Below, piece after piece: positions 13,165-24,149 of a stretch of DNA of 64,000 bases. A program made the translations under genes and the position numbers. The stretch's first letter is position 1. Every line of letters starts with the position of its first letter. Source of the stretch: Octopus bimaculoides (taxonomy: Eukaryota); contig NC_068983.1 in assembly GCF_001194135.2 (NCBI RefSeq), forward strand, positions 28,999,027 to 29,063,026. The letters are read 5' to 3'. The notes under the pieces are model-generated. The model searched no databases. It had not been told where the DNA came from and saw only the letters and a list, made by a program, of their open reading frames with translations.

Positions 13165-13305
13165 CCTGGGTTCTCATTTTTAAGGTATTTTTCGAAATTT
13201 CCCCAAGACGCCTGATGGAGGTTGGAGGGTATATCAGCCGAAACGTTGTGCTAACAACAAACAAGATGAGAATAAATATCCATCAAATGTAAATAATGTA
13301 AAGTA
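13165..13305 (+). mobile_element. Penelope-like terminal repeat, family 1
   Basis: CCTGATGGAGGTTGGAGGGTATATCAGCCGAAACGTTG; matches the 8285 copy. Confidence 0.65.
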
Positions 13306-13420
13306 ATATGCTTTTTATCAAAACCTTAGTACTGTCACAACTGTCTGATGATTGGTAACACGAAACTCATAGTAACAGATTGTGAAAATTTTTTGAGCTT
13401 TAATGAAAGTATGCATATAT

Positions 13421-13451
<31 letters not shown>

Positions 13452-13880
13452 ATATATATATATNNNNNNNNNNNNNNNNNNNNNNNNNNNNNNNNNNNNN
13501 NNNNNNNNNNNNNNNNNNNNNNNNNNNNNNNNNNNNNNNNNNNNNNNNNNNNNNNNNNNNNNNNNNNNNNNNNNNNNNNNNNNNNNNNNNNNNNNNNNNN
13601 NNNNNNNNNNNNNNNNNNNNNNNNNNNNNNNNNNNNNNNNNNNNNNNNNNNNNNNNNNNNNNNNNNNNNNNNNNNNNNNNNNNNNNNNNNNNNNNNNNNN
13701 NNNNNNNNNNNNNNNNNNNNNNNNNNNNNNNNNNNNNNNNNNNNNNNNNNNNNNNNNNNNNNNNNNNNNNNNNNNNNNNNNNNNNNNNNNNNNNNNNNNN
13801 NNNNNNNNNNNNNNNNNNNNNNNNNNNNNNNNNNNNNNNNNNNNNNNNNNNNNNNNNNNNNNNNNNNNNNNNNNNNNNNN

Positions 13881-14060
13881 GTCCCCCCCACATTGCTTGA
13901 CAACCGATGCTGGTGTGTTTACATCCCTGTAACTTAGTGGTTCGGCAAAAGAGACCGATAGAATAAGTACTAGGCTTACAAAGAATAAGTCGATTTGCTC
14001 AACTAAAAGGCGGTACTCCAGCATGGCCACAGTCAAATGACTGAAACAAGTAATAGAGAA
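13881..14060 (+). mobile_element. SINE-A 3' half (microsatellite centre lost in gap)
   Basis: High identity to the SINE-A tail; (TA)n on the far side of the gap. Confidence 0.9.
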
Positions 14061-14109
14061 AAAATAGTATATATATATATATATAAATACCAGGCTTTAA
14101 AAAAAAGGA

Positions 14110-14325
14110 AGTACTGACCTCACCTGTGCTAGTGCCACATAAAAAGCACTGAGTCCAGTCCACTTTGCAAGGAGGTTGGTGTAAGGAAGGGAATCCAACC
14201 ACAAAAACCCTGCCAAAACAGACTCAGTAGCTTGGGGTAGTCTTCTACCTGGCTGGTTCCTGTCAACTGTCCTACCCATGCAAGCATGGAAGATGGCTGT
14301 TAAACAATGATGATGAGGAGGAGGA
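14110..14325 (+). mobile_element. Non-autonomous element sharing the RTE-type 3' tail (family D)
   Basis: Ends CCCATGCAAGCATGGAAGATGGCTGTTAAACAATGATGATGA; same tail as the RTE fragment ending near 51345. Confidence 0.65.
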
Positions 14326-14611
14326 TGATATATATTTATATATATATATATCCAAGTAAATTAAAAGCAAGCAGTGTAGTATGTCTTATTTGAAAGTGCA
14401 TTGAAGCTCATAAAAATTCAGTAAGCTGTTATTTATTCCTATATCAACCCTGATCTGGATGACCAATGATAAAATATATTGCAGCTTATTTTTTTCTTTT
14501 TAATTGGTAGGAAGATTTGAGCAAGATGTATCTGTTATTTTGAATAGGTCAAATGATGGCAAAGAAACTACCTTGCTAAAACTGTTCTATATTTTTGAGT
14601 TGAGGAATTCT

Positions 14612-14773
14612 GTACATTATTTATATTATTTACATTGGATGGATATGTGTCCTCATTTCGTTTGTTGTTACCACAACGTTTCGACAGCAACGTTTCGGCT
14701 GATTTACTCTCCAGCCTTCATCAGGTGTCCTGATAGAATTTTGAATCCAACCCTGGGTTCAGTACCTTGAATA

Positions 14774-14831
<58 letters not shown>

Positions 14832-14984
14832 TCAGCAAAAAAAAAACTTTAGGAATGAGAACCCAGGGTTAGGTTCAAAATTCCACCAGGACACTTGATG
14901 AAGGCTGGAGGGTAAATCAGCCAAAATGTTGTGGTAACAACAAACAAGATGTGGACACATGTCCGTCCAATGTAAATAATGTAC
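14612..14984. mobile_element. Inverted pair of family-1 Penelope-like repeats around (AAT)n
   Basis: 14612-14760 is the reverse complement of 14859-14984 over about 125 bp. Confidence 0.85.
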
Positions 14985-15029
14985 CATGTTATAGAAGTCC
15001 TGTAATGTGTCCACTCAGCAATCTTTAAC

Positions 15030-15191
15030 TTGTTTTAGTCATCAGACTGTGACCATGCTGAAGCATCACCTTGAAGAATTGTTAGTCAAATGAATCAACC
15101 CGGGTACTTACTTTTTGATAAGTTATGGTGACATAAATACAGTAACACTGGTTGTCAAGCAGTGATGGGGAGGACAGACACAGACACAAGG

Positions 15192-15250
<59 letters not shown>

Positions 15251-15440
15251 NNNNNNNNNNNNNNNNNNNNNNNNNNNNNNNTACATATATATATACTACA
15301 GGCTTCTTTCAGTTTCTATCTACCAAATCTACTCACAAGGCTTTTGTTGAAGACACTTGCCCAATGTGTCACACAGTGGGACTGAACCTGGAACCATGTG
15401 GTTGGGAAGCAAGCTTCTTACCACACAGCCATATCTGTGC
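15030..15440 (-). mobile_element. SINE-A with (CA)n(TA)n centre
   Basis: Tail and head motifs in reverse orientation. Confidence 0.88.
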
Positions 15441-16398
15441 CTACAATGTTGAAAAAAGTCATCCATGTAAAAAAAAAAAGAACTTACCTTAAATATTCTA
15501 AGATATAATAAAAGGAATGAAAAGAAAAGTAAATAAAACATTGAAAATGGGTTTCTGGATAGCAAGTCCATACATCACTGTAGACTCGTGTTGTGTTAAA
15601 TGTAACATACTCCATTTTATTTACTTCAATTCAGTTAGTTATAGAGAAGAGGAGACAGGTGTTTTGATAGGAAAATTACAAGCAATAAATGTTATGAAAT
15701 TGCCATCTTAAGACTGTAAAAATTAGATCCAAATAATGTATGTAAACTCCTGCAGATTGTGAAAAGATTAACTTGAATACAAACTGCTGTTATATCTACT
15801 GTGTGATTTGAGCTAGCTTAATACTATGTAGCATAACTAGATTTGGCTAATTGATGCTGACTTTCAAATAAAGACAATAATTGTGGAGATGATGCTGATG
15901 AAAAATGCCAATAATTGATGGGGTTAATCTGTTTGTTTCTATATATAATATACCAATTAAGAATACTTTTTCTTAAATTACCTTAATTATTATTCTGAAA
16001 GTATTTTAAAGTTTTTTTCTTTATTAACTTTCAGTCAGTTGAAGAGTTTAAAGATTCAACTTCCAAGAATTGGATTAGAGTAGACATAGTAACACACACA
16101 CAGACAACCACACTCACACATACACCACACAAGTATATATTTAACTCACCAACTTATTGCAAGAGCAAGGAAATAATTCACATATTATAGAGAAAATGAA
16201 CAATTTCAAAAAGCAGAAGACAGATCAGCATGTATTGTTGGTTTACATACTAGGGATATAAAGTTTCTTTAATCAAATCTGTTCAAAAATAAAATGAAAC
16301 TAAGGTATCCATGGTTTTTAGTACAAAATTCTAATTAAACATCTCCTGTCTTATTTTTCAATTGCTGCTTTATAATTGAAGCTAGAGAACAAAGTCAC

Positions 16399-16501
16399 TG
16401 TGATGCTTCAACAGTGATGAGCATATCAACAATATGGGAAAATTTATTTTCTTTGTGATTTTTGTAATTAACATAGAAAATAATTTGATAGAACAGACCG
16501 C
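16399..16501 (-). CDS. Candidate exon (GLFYQIIFYVNYKNHKENKFSHIVDMLITVEAS or the alternative open frame)
   Basis: Very strong acceptor ttttttttttctctccag; weak donor; two frames open. Confidence 0.25.
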
Positions 16502-16635
16502 CTGGAGAGAAAAAAAAACTAATAAATGAGCCCAGGTGGAAATTTGCTCATAAAATGAATGCAAGAATGGGAAAAGATGGATATTATTAAAACAGTTTTT
16601 ATAATGACAGCATTATCAAATTTATTCAACTGAAC

Positions 16636-16734
16636 CTTTGTAGCACTGATGGAGGAAGTACGGTGATCAAAAGGGGGATTGTGTTGAAAAATAAACCTTA
16701 TTTGGTCATATTCCATGAGAGTATCTTTGCCAGC
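16636..16734 (-). CDS. Candidate exon (AGKDTLMEYDQIRFIFQHNPPFDHRTSSISATK)
   Basis: Acceptor aattcatag, donor AAG|gttcag; 33 open codons; other frames closed. Confidence 0.27.
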
Positions 16735-17634
16735 CTATGAATTTTCCAACTGGCTCTCATACAAGCATGCAGTCAAGATTTTTAGAGGAGAACATTGGAT
16801 GTAGAAACTGACCAATGAGAAACTCTAATGTTATTTACCCCAACTGACCAATCAGATAGCAGAAAAACAGTTGCAACTTGCTGAACACTGTTTGAGACAT
16901 CCAGAGTTGTAAAGTAGCAGGAAAACTCTAAAACAGCCAGCCTTAGCTGACAATTTAACTTTGGTTATAGTCATTGGATCTAATTTTTACAATATTAAGC
17001 TCACTGCCACTGCCACAGCAGTAATTTTAACAGAAATAGTGATCAGCCCCAATTGACAATCAGATAACAGAAAAACAGTTGCAGTTCATTCAGCTAAAAT
17101 TCTTCAAGGTGGTGCCCCAGCATGGCCACAGTCTAATGACTGAAAGAAGTAAAAGATAAAAGACTATATACTGTATGGTATTTTTTCCAGGACTGTAACT
17201 ATTATTACTACTAGTAGTAGCTGCTGTATAGTAACATTAGCTGAGAACTTAGCTATAAACATAACTAATGCTAATAAGTTCATTTCATTAGTATTGCATT
17301 TCCCAAAATGTCATTTCCCCTTCAAACAGTTGTTCATCAATAATATTTTAGAATTTGTGTAACATGTTATTTGCCAACACAAAAATTGCCATCAGAGGTC
17401 AATGCCAAAATTGGGTGAGAAAGAGAATTTGTTTTTGTTTATAGAATAATATTGGCTGTCTTTTTTCAAAAAACAAATAAATATAACTAACTTTATTTTC
17501 TTTTGGCAGCCGGTCAGGTGTTTCGTTTATGGGGTTAATTGCCATTTACAAGGAATGGTTTAATAAGGAGAAAAAAAAACAAGATGTTCAAAACTTATAG
17601 GAAGTGTATTTCTCACCTTCTACATAACAGATGT

Positions 17635-18023
17635 AGTGGAGGCGCAATGACCCAGTGGTTAGGACAGTGGACTCGCGGCCATAGGATCGCAGTTTCGATT
17701 CCCAGATCGGGCGTTGTGAGTGTTTATTGAGTGAAAACACATAAAGCTCCACGAGGCTCTGGCAGGGGATGGTGGCGAACCCTGCTGTACTCTTTCACCA
17801 CAACTTTCTCTCACTCTTACTTCCTGTTTCTGTTGTGCCTGTAATTCAAAGGGTCAGCCTTGTCACACTGTATCATGCTGAATATCCCCAAGAACTACGT
17901 TAAGGGTACACGTGTCTGTGGAGTGCTCAGCCACTTGCACGTTAATTTCACGAGCAGGCTGTTCCATTGATCAGATCAACTGAAACCCTCGACGTCGTAA
18001 GCGATGGAGTGTCAACAACAACA
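17635..18023 (+). mobile_element. Full-length SINE-B (tRNA-derived, (CAA)n tail) with 13-bp TSD
   Basis: A-box-like TGACCCAGTGG, B-box-like GTTTCGATTCC; TSD ACATAACAGATGT at 17622-17634 and 18024-18036. Confidence 0.95.
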
Positions 18024-18209
18024 ACATAACAGATGTGACTGAACTAACAGAGAAACTATTACATGATTGGTTGACTAACAAGAAATAGCAACTAAGTTCT
18101 CCTCAACCCATATCCTATGATTTGAAAAAAAAAAAAACAGAAGCCACATTGAATAATGTAGTCTTTCCCCTCTCTTGACTCCAACTAGCATTATCTATTT
18201 GGAGTTGAG

Positions 18210-18410
18210 GGTGGCGAGCTGGCAGAATCGCTGACATGAGAGGAAAATGCTTAGCAACATTTCATCCATCTTCACATCCTGAGTTCAAATTCTGCCAAGG
18301 TCAACTTTGCCTTTCATCCTTCCAGGGTTGATTAAATAAGTACCAGTTGAACACTGAGGTTGATGTATTCCCACAAACTTGATGGCCTTCTACTAAAATT
18401 TGGAATCTTT
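18210..18410 (+). mobile_element. SINE-C, diverged
   Basis: GGTGGCGAGCTGGCAGAA head and GAGTTCAAATTC...CTTTGCCTTTCATCC body. Confidence 0.85.
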
Positions 18411-18444
18411 ATCTATCTAGAGTTGGCCTTTGCTTCAAAAATTT

Positions 18445-18729
18445 GCCTTGAGCTGGCCAAAGTGCCTTGGACTGGCCAAACTGCCTTAGGCTGACCAAAG
18501 TGCCTTGGGTTGACCAAAGTGCCTTGGGCTGGCCAAAGTGCCTTGGGCTGACCAAAGTGCCTTGGACTGGCCAAAGTACCTTGGACTGGCCAAAGTGCCA
18601 TGGGCTGACCAAAGTGCCTTGGGCTGACCAAAGTGCCTTGGGCTGGCCAAAGTGCCTTGGGCTGACCAAAGTGCCTTGGACTGACCAAAGTGCCTTGGAC
18701 TGGCCAAAGTGCCTTGGTCTGACCAAAGC
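18445..18729 (+). repeat. 19-bp minisatellite (GCCTTGGRCTGRCCAAAGT) x15 derived from a SINE-A internal segment
   Basis: Unit matches SINE-A GCCTCGGGCCGACCAAAG; the array runs directly into the rest of the SINE (to about 19050). Confidence 0.92.
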
Positions 18730-19238
18730 TTTATGAGTGAAAGAAGCCTGCCATGTGAGTGTGTGTGTGTGTGTGTGTGGGGGGTATATGAATATGTCAT
18801 GTGTGTGTCTTTACATCTGTGTTTGTCCTCCAACCACTGCTTGACAACTAATGTTGGTGAGTTTAGGACCCTGTAACTTAATGGTTCAGCAAACGGGGCC
18901 AGTAGAATAAGTACCAGGCTTAACAAAGATACAAATACTGGGGTCGATTCATTTGTCTAAAAAAATTCTTCAAGGCAGTGCCCCAGCATGGCCACAGTCT
19001 AATAGCTGAAACAAGTAAATGATGAAAGACAGAAAGATAAAAGATAGATCAAATTCAAATTTAGAGAAATCTTCAGTATAACACGTTTGATAAAAAAAAG
19101 ACAAAAAGCTCTCTCTATTTATATTCACACATAAGTTCAGCCCTAGGCTGGGCTGTTGACAATTATGAACAGTCGTGAACAGCTCAGCCTTGGGCAAACC
19201 TCTGAGATTGGAAACTTTTGATATGATAAACATACACA

Positions 19239-19278
<40 letters not shown>

Positions 19279-20079
19279 CACATATACAAAGAAGTGATCA
19301 ATAATAAATGAGCTGAATTTGGTGAATGGAACTGTACAGAAACCCATCATATGTATGACTAAGAAAATTTATTAGGTTTCGTGGTTTGCTTGCAAACCAG
19401 ACACACAAACACACATACATACATACATTCATACATATATATCCAACTTCAAAACCATTATAGAAATAATGTAAAAAATGTGTAATGCTGGAGAATCAAG
19501 TCTTAAGAAGATATGACATGAAGTAAATATGCTGAAATACTGAATATCTGTGTTATGTAATAACAATACATAGAAATAATATCCACCATAAGCTAGCAAC
19601 TTATTATTTTGAAGTTACAAATCTTAAATTTTAGAGAGCTAAATGTGTTGTTTTATCTATTTCAGAATATTCTTTAACTAACACACGTGTGTTGTAAAAA
19701 ATGTCAAGTTTTTGGTGTTTTTGACAAATAATGATAATGGTAGTAAATGGCAAATCAAAATAATAGGAGATATTATTGATAAATGTCAGGAATAGAGTAA
19801 ATATATGTTTATACATAGTACTGAAGCATATGAACAATCAGCTTGCTGTAATGTCCTCTATGAAAAATACTGTCATCCATGTAACCAATATAGATATTTA
19901 CACACACACGTACATACACATATACACACATGTATACAAACTTGTTACTAATTTAAATATGCTTCAGGCATTTTCAACACATGTAAGAAAGCAACTGACT
20001 GTATTTTGTTATGGAGAAAAATCTGTGTGTGTGTGTGTGTGTAATGACACACACACACACACTGTGGCCATGAAGGGGT

Positions 20080-20660
20080 ATCGCCTTGAGGAATATTAGT
20101 TGAACGAAATGATCTCAGTAATTATTCTAAAGTTTGAAGCCTCGTACTTGTTCATTCGGTCTCTTTTGCCAAACTGGAAAGTTATGGGGATGTAAACACA
20201 CCATCACCAGCTGTCAATCGGTGGCTGGGAACAAATACAAAGACATACATACATACATACATACATACATGATGGCCATCCACTTGTGACCAAGGAAGAC
20301 CATTACCGACCTTCAGGAACATTGTGCGCTCTAGGACTAACTTATATTTTGCATTTGCAGCTCCGTTGGTGGCTAATGAGCCCTGCTCTTGACAAGCATA
20401 CATGACTGCAAACATTGCAGACCAAGCTTTCCCCATTCATTATACAAGTCATGTGCTTTCGCACAGCTCGCTTAAGTTCTTCATGCTGGATACATACATA
20501 CATACATATGAAAGGCTTCTTTCAGTTTCCTGTCTACCGAATCCCCTCACAAGGTTTTGGTCAGCCCAGGGTTATAATAGAAGACACAAGATGCCCAAGG
20601 TGCCACACTGACTGAACTCAGAACCATGTGGTTGGGAAGCAAACTTCTTACCACAGAGCC
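20080..20660 (-). mobile_element. SINE-A interrupted in its microsatellite by an RTE fragment
   Basis: Tail about 20080-20250, head about 20500-20660, (TACA)n on both sides of the insert. Confidence 0.85.
20268..20490 (-). mobile_element. RTE-clade LINE 3' end (ORF C-terminal CxxC...H zinc finger plus 3' UTR)
   Basis: Translates QHEELKRAVRKHMTCIMNGESLVCNVCSHVCLSRAGLISHQRSCKCKI* (stop at 20342-20344), the typical CxxC-x3-C-x-SR-x-GL-x-SH-x-R C-terminus of RTE-type ORFs. Confidence 0.85.
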
Positions 20661-21157
20661 TGTATATAACTTTTTAAAGTTACTGCCACAGACTTTCTAT
20701 AGAATTTAAAGCCAGCACTGGAAGTTACACTGTTTCATATATGAACACCTCTTCGTAAAGAATGTGAATGACGATAAAAACAATAGGTAACGGGTCTATA
20801 CATATATTTCAGGAATTCTGCTCTTTCTTCAGCACCACATGCAACCCATTAACTATCCATGAACACATTGCTTGAATAGCCACTAAATTTAGTGGTGCAA
20901 CACATTTGGAAATACCAGTTTTAGATATTAAACATGTAGGAAAAGTGATTAGCACTTGCTGGGTGCTTCACAATTCCATACATGGTTCATGGAAGGAAAA
21001 GGCAAGGACAAGATCTCTCTGAATAAATAACAATAATAATTTATCTTGTCTGAATAAACATTCCATCTTTGGTTAGCGGTAGCCGTGAATGCCTAGGTGA
21101 AGAAGCAGCAAGGTTGGTAGTTGGACTCAAAGTAATAAGGCATTATTACAGACTCAC

Positions 21158-21172
21158 AGTATCACTCGCCAT
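21158..21172 (-). CDS. Candidate first coding exon MASDT
   Basis: TTAATGGCG start context, donor ACT|gtgagt. Confidence 0.3.
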
Positions 21173-21355
21173 TAAAGGTCCCATTCTTCACGGAACTGCT
21201 CTAAGTTGCGTCCTGCCCGGTCAGAAGCCGTGATCGAAGAGAGTGAATGGTGGTGAACCCTAGCTACTGCTGATGATTTTACATGCACATAAGGGGCTTC
21301 CGTCAGGTCTTCGGAAGGCTCTAATCCTTGTGTATGTGTAGATGAGTGTTCCAAC

Positions 21356-21402
21356 ATGGCGTCTAGAACCATGCGTCACTACAAACTCATTCCTGGCAAT
21401 TT
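21356..21402 (+). CDS. Candidate first coding exon MASRTMRHYKLIPGN(L/F)
   Basis: CCAACATGGCG start context, donor TT|gtatgt. Confidence 0.35.
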
Positions 21403-21744
21403 GTATGTACTATATATGTATACACCCTTTACTTATTTTTCTCTCTTTGATTGTCTTGTTTGCATAGCATATTCATAATGGATATGTCATAACTTTCAGA
21501 GCAAGCTCTAATTTCTATTGAAAATTTGCAGAGATAACTTACAAAAGTGATTGGATTGCACCGCTAACACAGGTAGCATAGGTAGGACACAGCGTTGACT
21601 AATAAATATTTAACAAACTTGGTAGTGTGTTATGGTTTCATAACAAAATATGGTGTCCCTACCAGCAATTGATATATATATATATCTGAAAATCTAGAAA
21701 ATCCAAGCAATAAAATTCAGTGAGGACTATATAAAAACGAAGTC

Positions 21745-22100
21745 AGGGGACTTGAAAGTTGTCACAATCTAACATCTGACACAAGATCATCTCCTCCAAT
21801 GTCCCCTCCCCTCTCAAAGGTTCTTTGTCTTGCAAGTTACTTGGTGACCCTGCCAGTGCTGGTGCCACATAAAATGCATTCAGTCCACACTGTAAAGTGT
21901 TTGGCTTTTGGAAGGGCATCCAGCTGTAAAAACTGACCTCACCTGTGCTGGTGCACTCAGTCCACTCTGTCGGGTGATGATGAACCAACCGTAAAACTGT
22001 GCTGTGCCAAAACAGACACAGAAGTATGGTGCAGTCTTCTGCCTGGTCAGCTCCTGTCAAACCATCCAACCCATGGAAGGCAGAAGTTAAACGATGATGA
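21745..22100 (+). mobile_element. Family D element with RTE-type tail
   Basis: Ends CCATCCAACCCATGGAAGGCAGAAGTTAAACGATGATGAT. Confidence 0.7.
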
Positions 22101-22124
22101 TAATTTAACCATTCGGTTTGCATA

Positions 22125-22330
22125 GCTGTGTGGTATGGCTGTGTGGTTAAGAAACTCGTTTCCCAAATATATGGTCTCAGGTTCCGGGAGACCATATGGT
22201 CCCAAACATATGATCTCCTACTGCTGAGCACTTTGGGCAAGTGTCTTCTACTATTTATTGTCATCCCAGGTTGATCAAAGCCTTGTCGGTGGATTTGGTA
22301 GATGGAAACTGAAAGAAGCCCATCGTGTGT
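22125..22330 (+). mobile_element. SINE-A head
   Basis: CACTTTGGGCAAGTGTCTTCTACTAT...GAAACTGAAAGAAGCCC. Confidence 0.8.
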
Positions 22331-24149
22331 AAACATATGCGTACATATGTTGGTGTGTACCCTTGTTTTAATATCATTTGATGATTATAAACAATCACTG
22401 CCATACAAGCAATGTTGTTTGCTTCCAGTTTTCCACAGAGAACACACCTAGCAATAGGCAAATATTACCTTATTTAGAAACAGGGGAAGATTGGTGACAG
22501 AAAGGGCATCCATCAGTAGAAACACTGCATCTACAAATTCCATTGTAATTTATGCAAGCATAGAAAGTGGATGTCAGGTGATGATGATGACAATTATGAT
22601 GACAATAATGATGATGACAACGACAAGAAATACCTTGTAGCTAGCATTTCCAGCATGCCTTTAGCCACAATCACTCTAGCAAATTCTCTTCTTAAAACTC
22701 AAAACCACGATCTTGTGATCATTGATCTTGTGAAATTGAATCCTAAAAACAATCTCATTTTTACTTCATAATCACTGCAATTACCATCATCAGCATCTAT
22801 TTTGTTTCCTTTTTCTATGATTGCATCAAGTAGTTTTTAAAATTATATTCCTTTGAGTTTTTTGGGGGTTTTTTTCCTCTCTTGTTTATACATTTATTCA
22901 TTCATTTTTCTTCTCTGCCAATCCATTCTTTAGTACAGGTCATCTCGCTGCAGATAATTTTTCTTGTCTAGGTTTGCTCTCAAAACAATTTAATAATATT
23001 TTTTTTTTTAATAAATGTTTATATGTTTATATAAATAATCTTTTTGAATTATTTCAATCATACAAATTACCTTGTGAAAAAAAAAAATTTGAAAAAAAAT
23101 GTGAAAAAAAAAATGAAAATATTTGTGTTTTGTTTTTTCAAAAAATCTCTGTAATATTGAAATTGTGTGCATTTTGAAGAATATATTGATTTGGTTCAAT
23201 GATTATGGTAGATGGCAGACACAGGAATTAAAATTACTGAAATGTTGCAGGGAAAATATATATATATATGTATGTGTATACATATTTCTGAGTGTTCATT
23301 GACATCAGGTTATATTTCTGAATTGATGTAAATCAATGTTATTTTGAATCTAAATTACTTCCAAAAGTATTTTAAAAGAAGTTTTACACTTAAAGAATGT
23401 AAAAATTAGAAGAGTTTTTTAAAGTGATGAAATCTAAAAAGTTGAAATGAAAATTCAAATAATTTAGAGGTTAAAATAGAAATATATAAATAATATAAAT
23501 AATATTTTGAATAAGGTTTCTGATTAAAACCAAAACAAAAAAGAAAAACATCCCTATCAGTAATTATTAATGCTATTTTCAATAGCTGATTTTTGCCAAA
23601 AATTTTAGCTGTGTTTTCTTTTAATCAATAAGAAAACTCAAGTTCTGTCCCATTTGGTATTTGTTTATCAGTTACCAGTTGTTATTAATCAAGAAGTTAT
23701 ATGGTATATTTAGTATCTTGTTGCAAAAATAATAAATTACAAATTATCTACAAATATATGTGTGTATATGTTGAGTATCTTTTACAGTTTAATTAGTATT
23801 TAGTAAAGTTCATAGAAGAGTAAGGAGTGAAGAATTTAATGTCATCGAGTTCTGATTCTTTGTATGTTACTGAGGAAGAGAGACAGAAAGTGATTATCAC
23901 TTGGATTGTGGACAAATAAAATTGTATTTTGTAGTATGCTACATATTTTATCCTGAATTCAAATCTTACCATGATCAGCTTCACTTTCCATTGTCACAGA
24001 GTCAAGGAAATAAGTACCACTTAAGTATTCAGGTCAATTTAATTTATTGTAGCCTACCTCAAAAACTGATTTGTGTTAGTTTTGTGTTCATATTAAAAAT
24101 TCTCATTACTTTGAGTAAAACATAATTGTGCTGTTTTAACCAGAGTATT

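Larger units (their letters stand above)
21060..21410. promoter_or_regulatory. Candidate bidirectional promoter (CpG-rich, ETS-like motifs)
   Basis: Local CpG enrichment; CGGAA at 21191 and 21312, CTTCCG at 21297; divergent ATGGCG starts, each followed by a good splice donor. Confidence 0.45.

Noticed and set aside
17635-17715. tRNA gene (also other SINE heads)
   Set aside because: A/B-box-like motifs are present, but they continue into SINE bodies with TSDs; I could not build a complete cloverleaf.
18409-18926. Repetitive proteins (PRHFGQ/ALWSAQ repeats)
   Set aside because: Translations of the 19-bp SINE-derived minisatellite, open in several frames on both strands.
22620-22690. Minus-strand exon REFARVIVAKGMLEMLATR
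   Set aside because: Weak acceptor, and the sequence overlaps the GCTATTTCTAGC-type repeat seen several times in the window.
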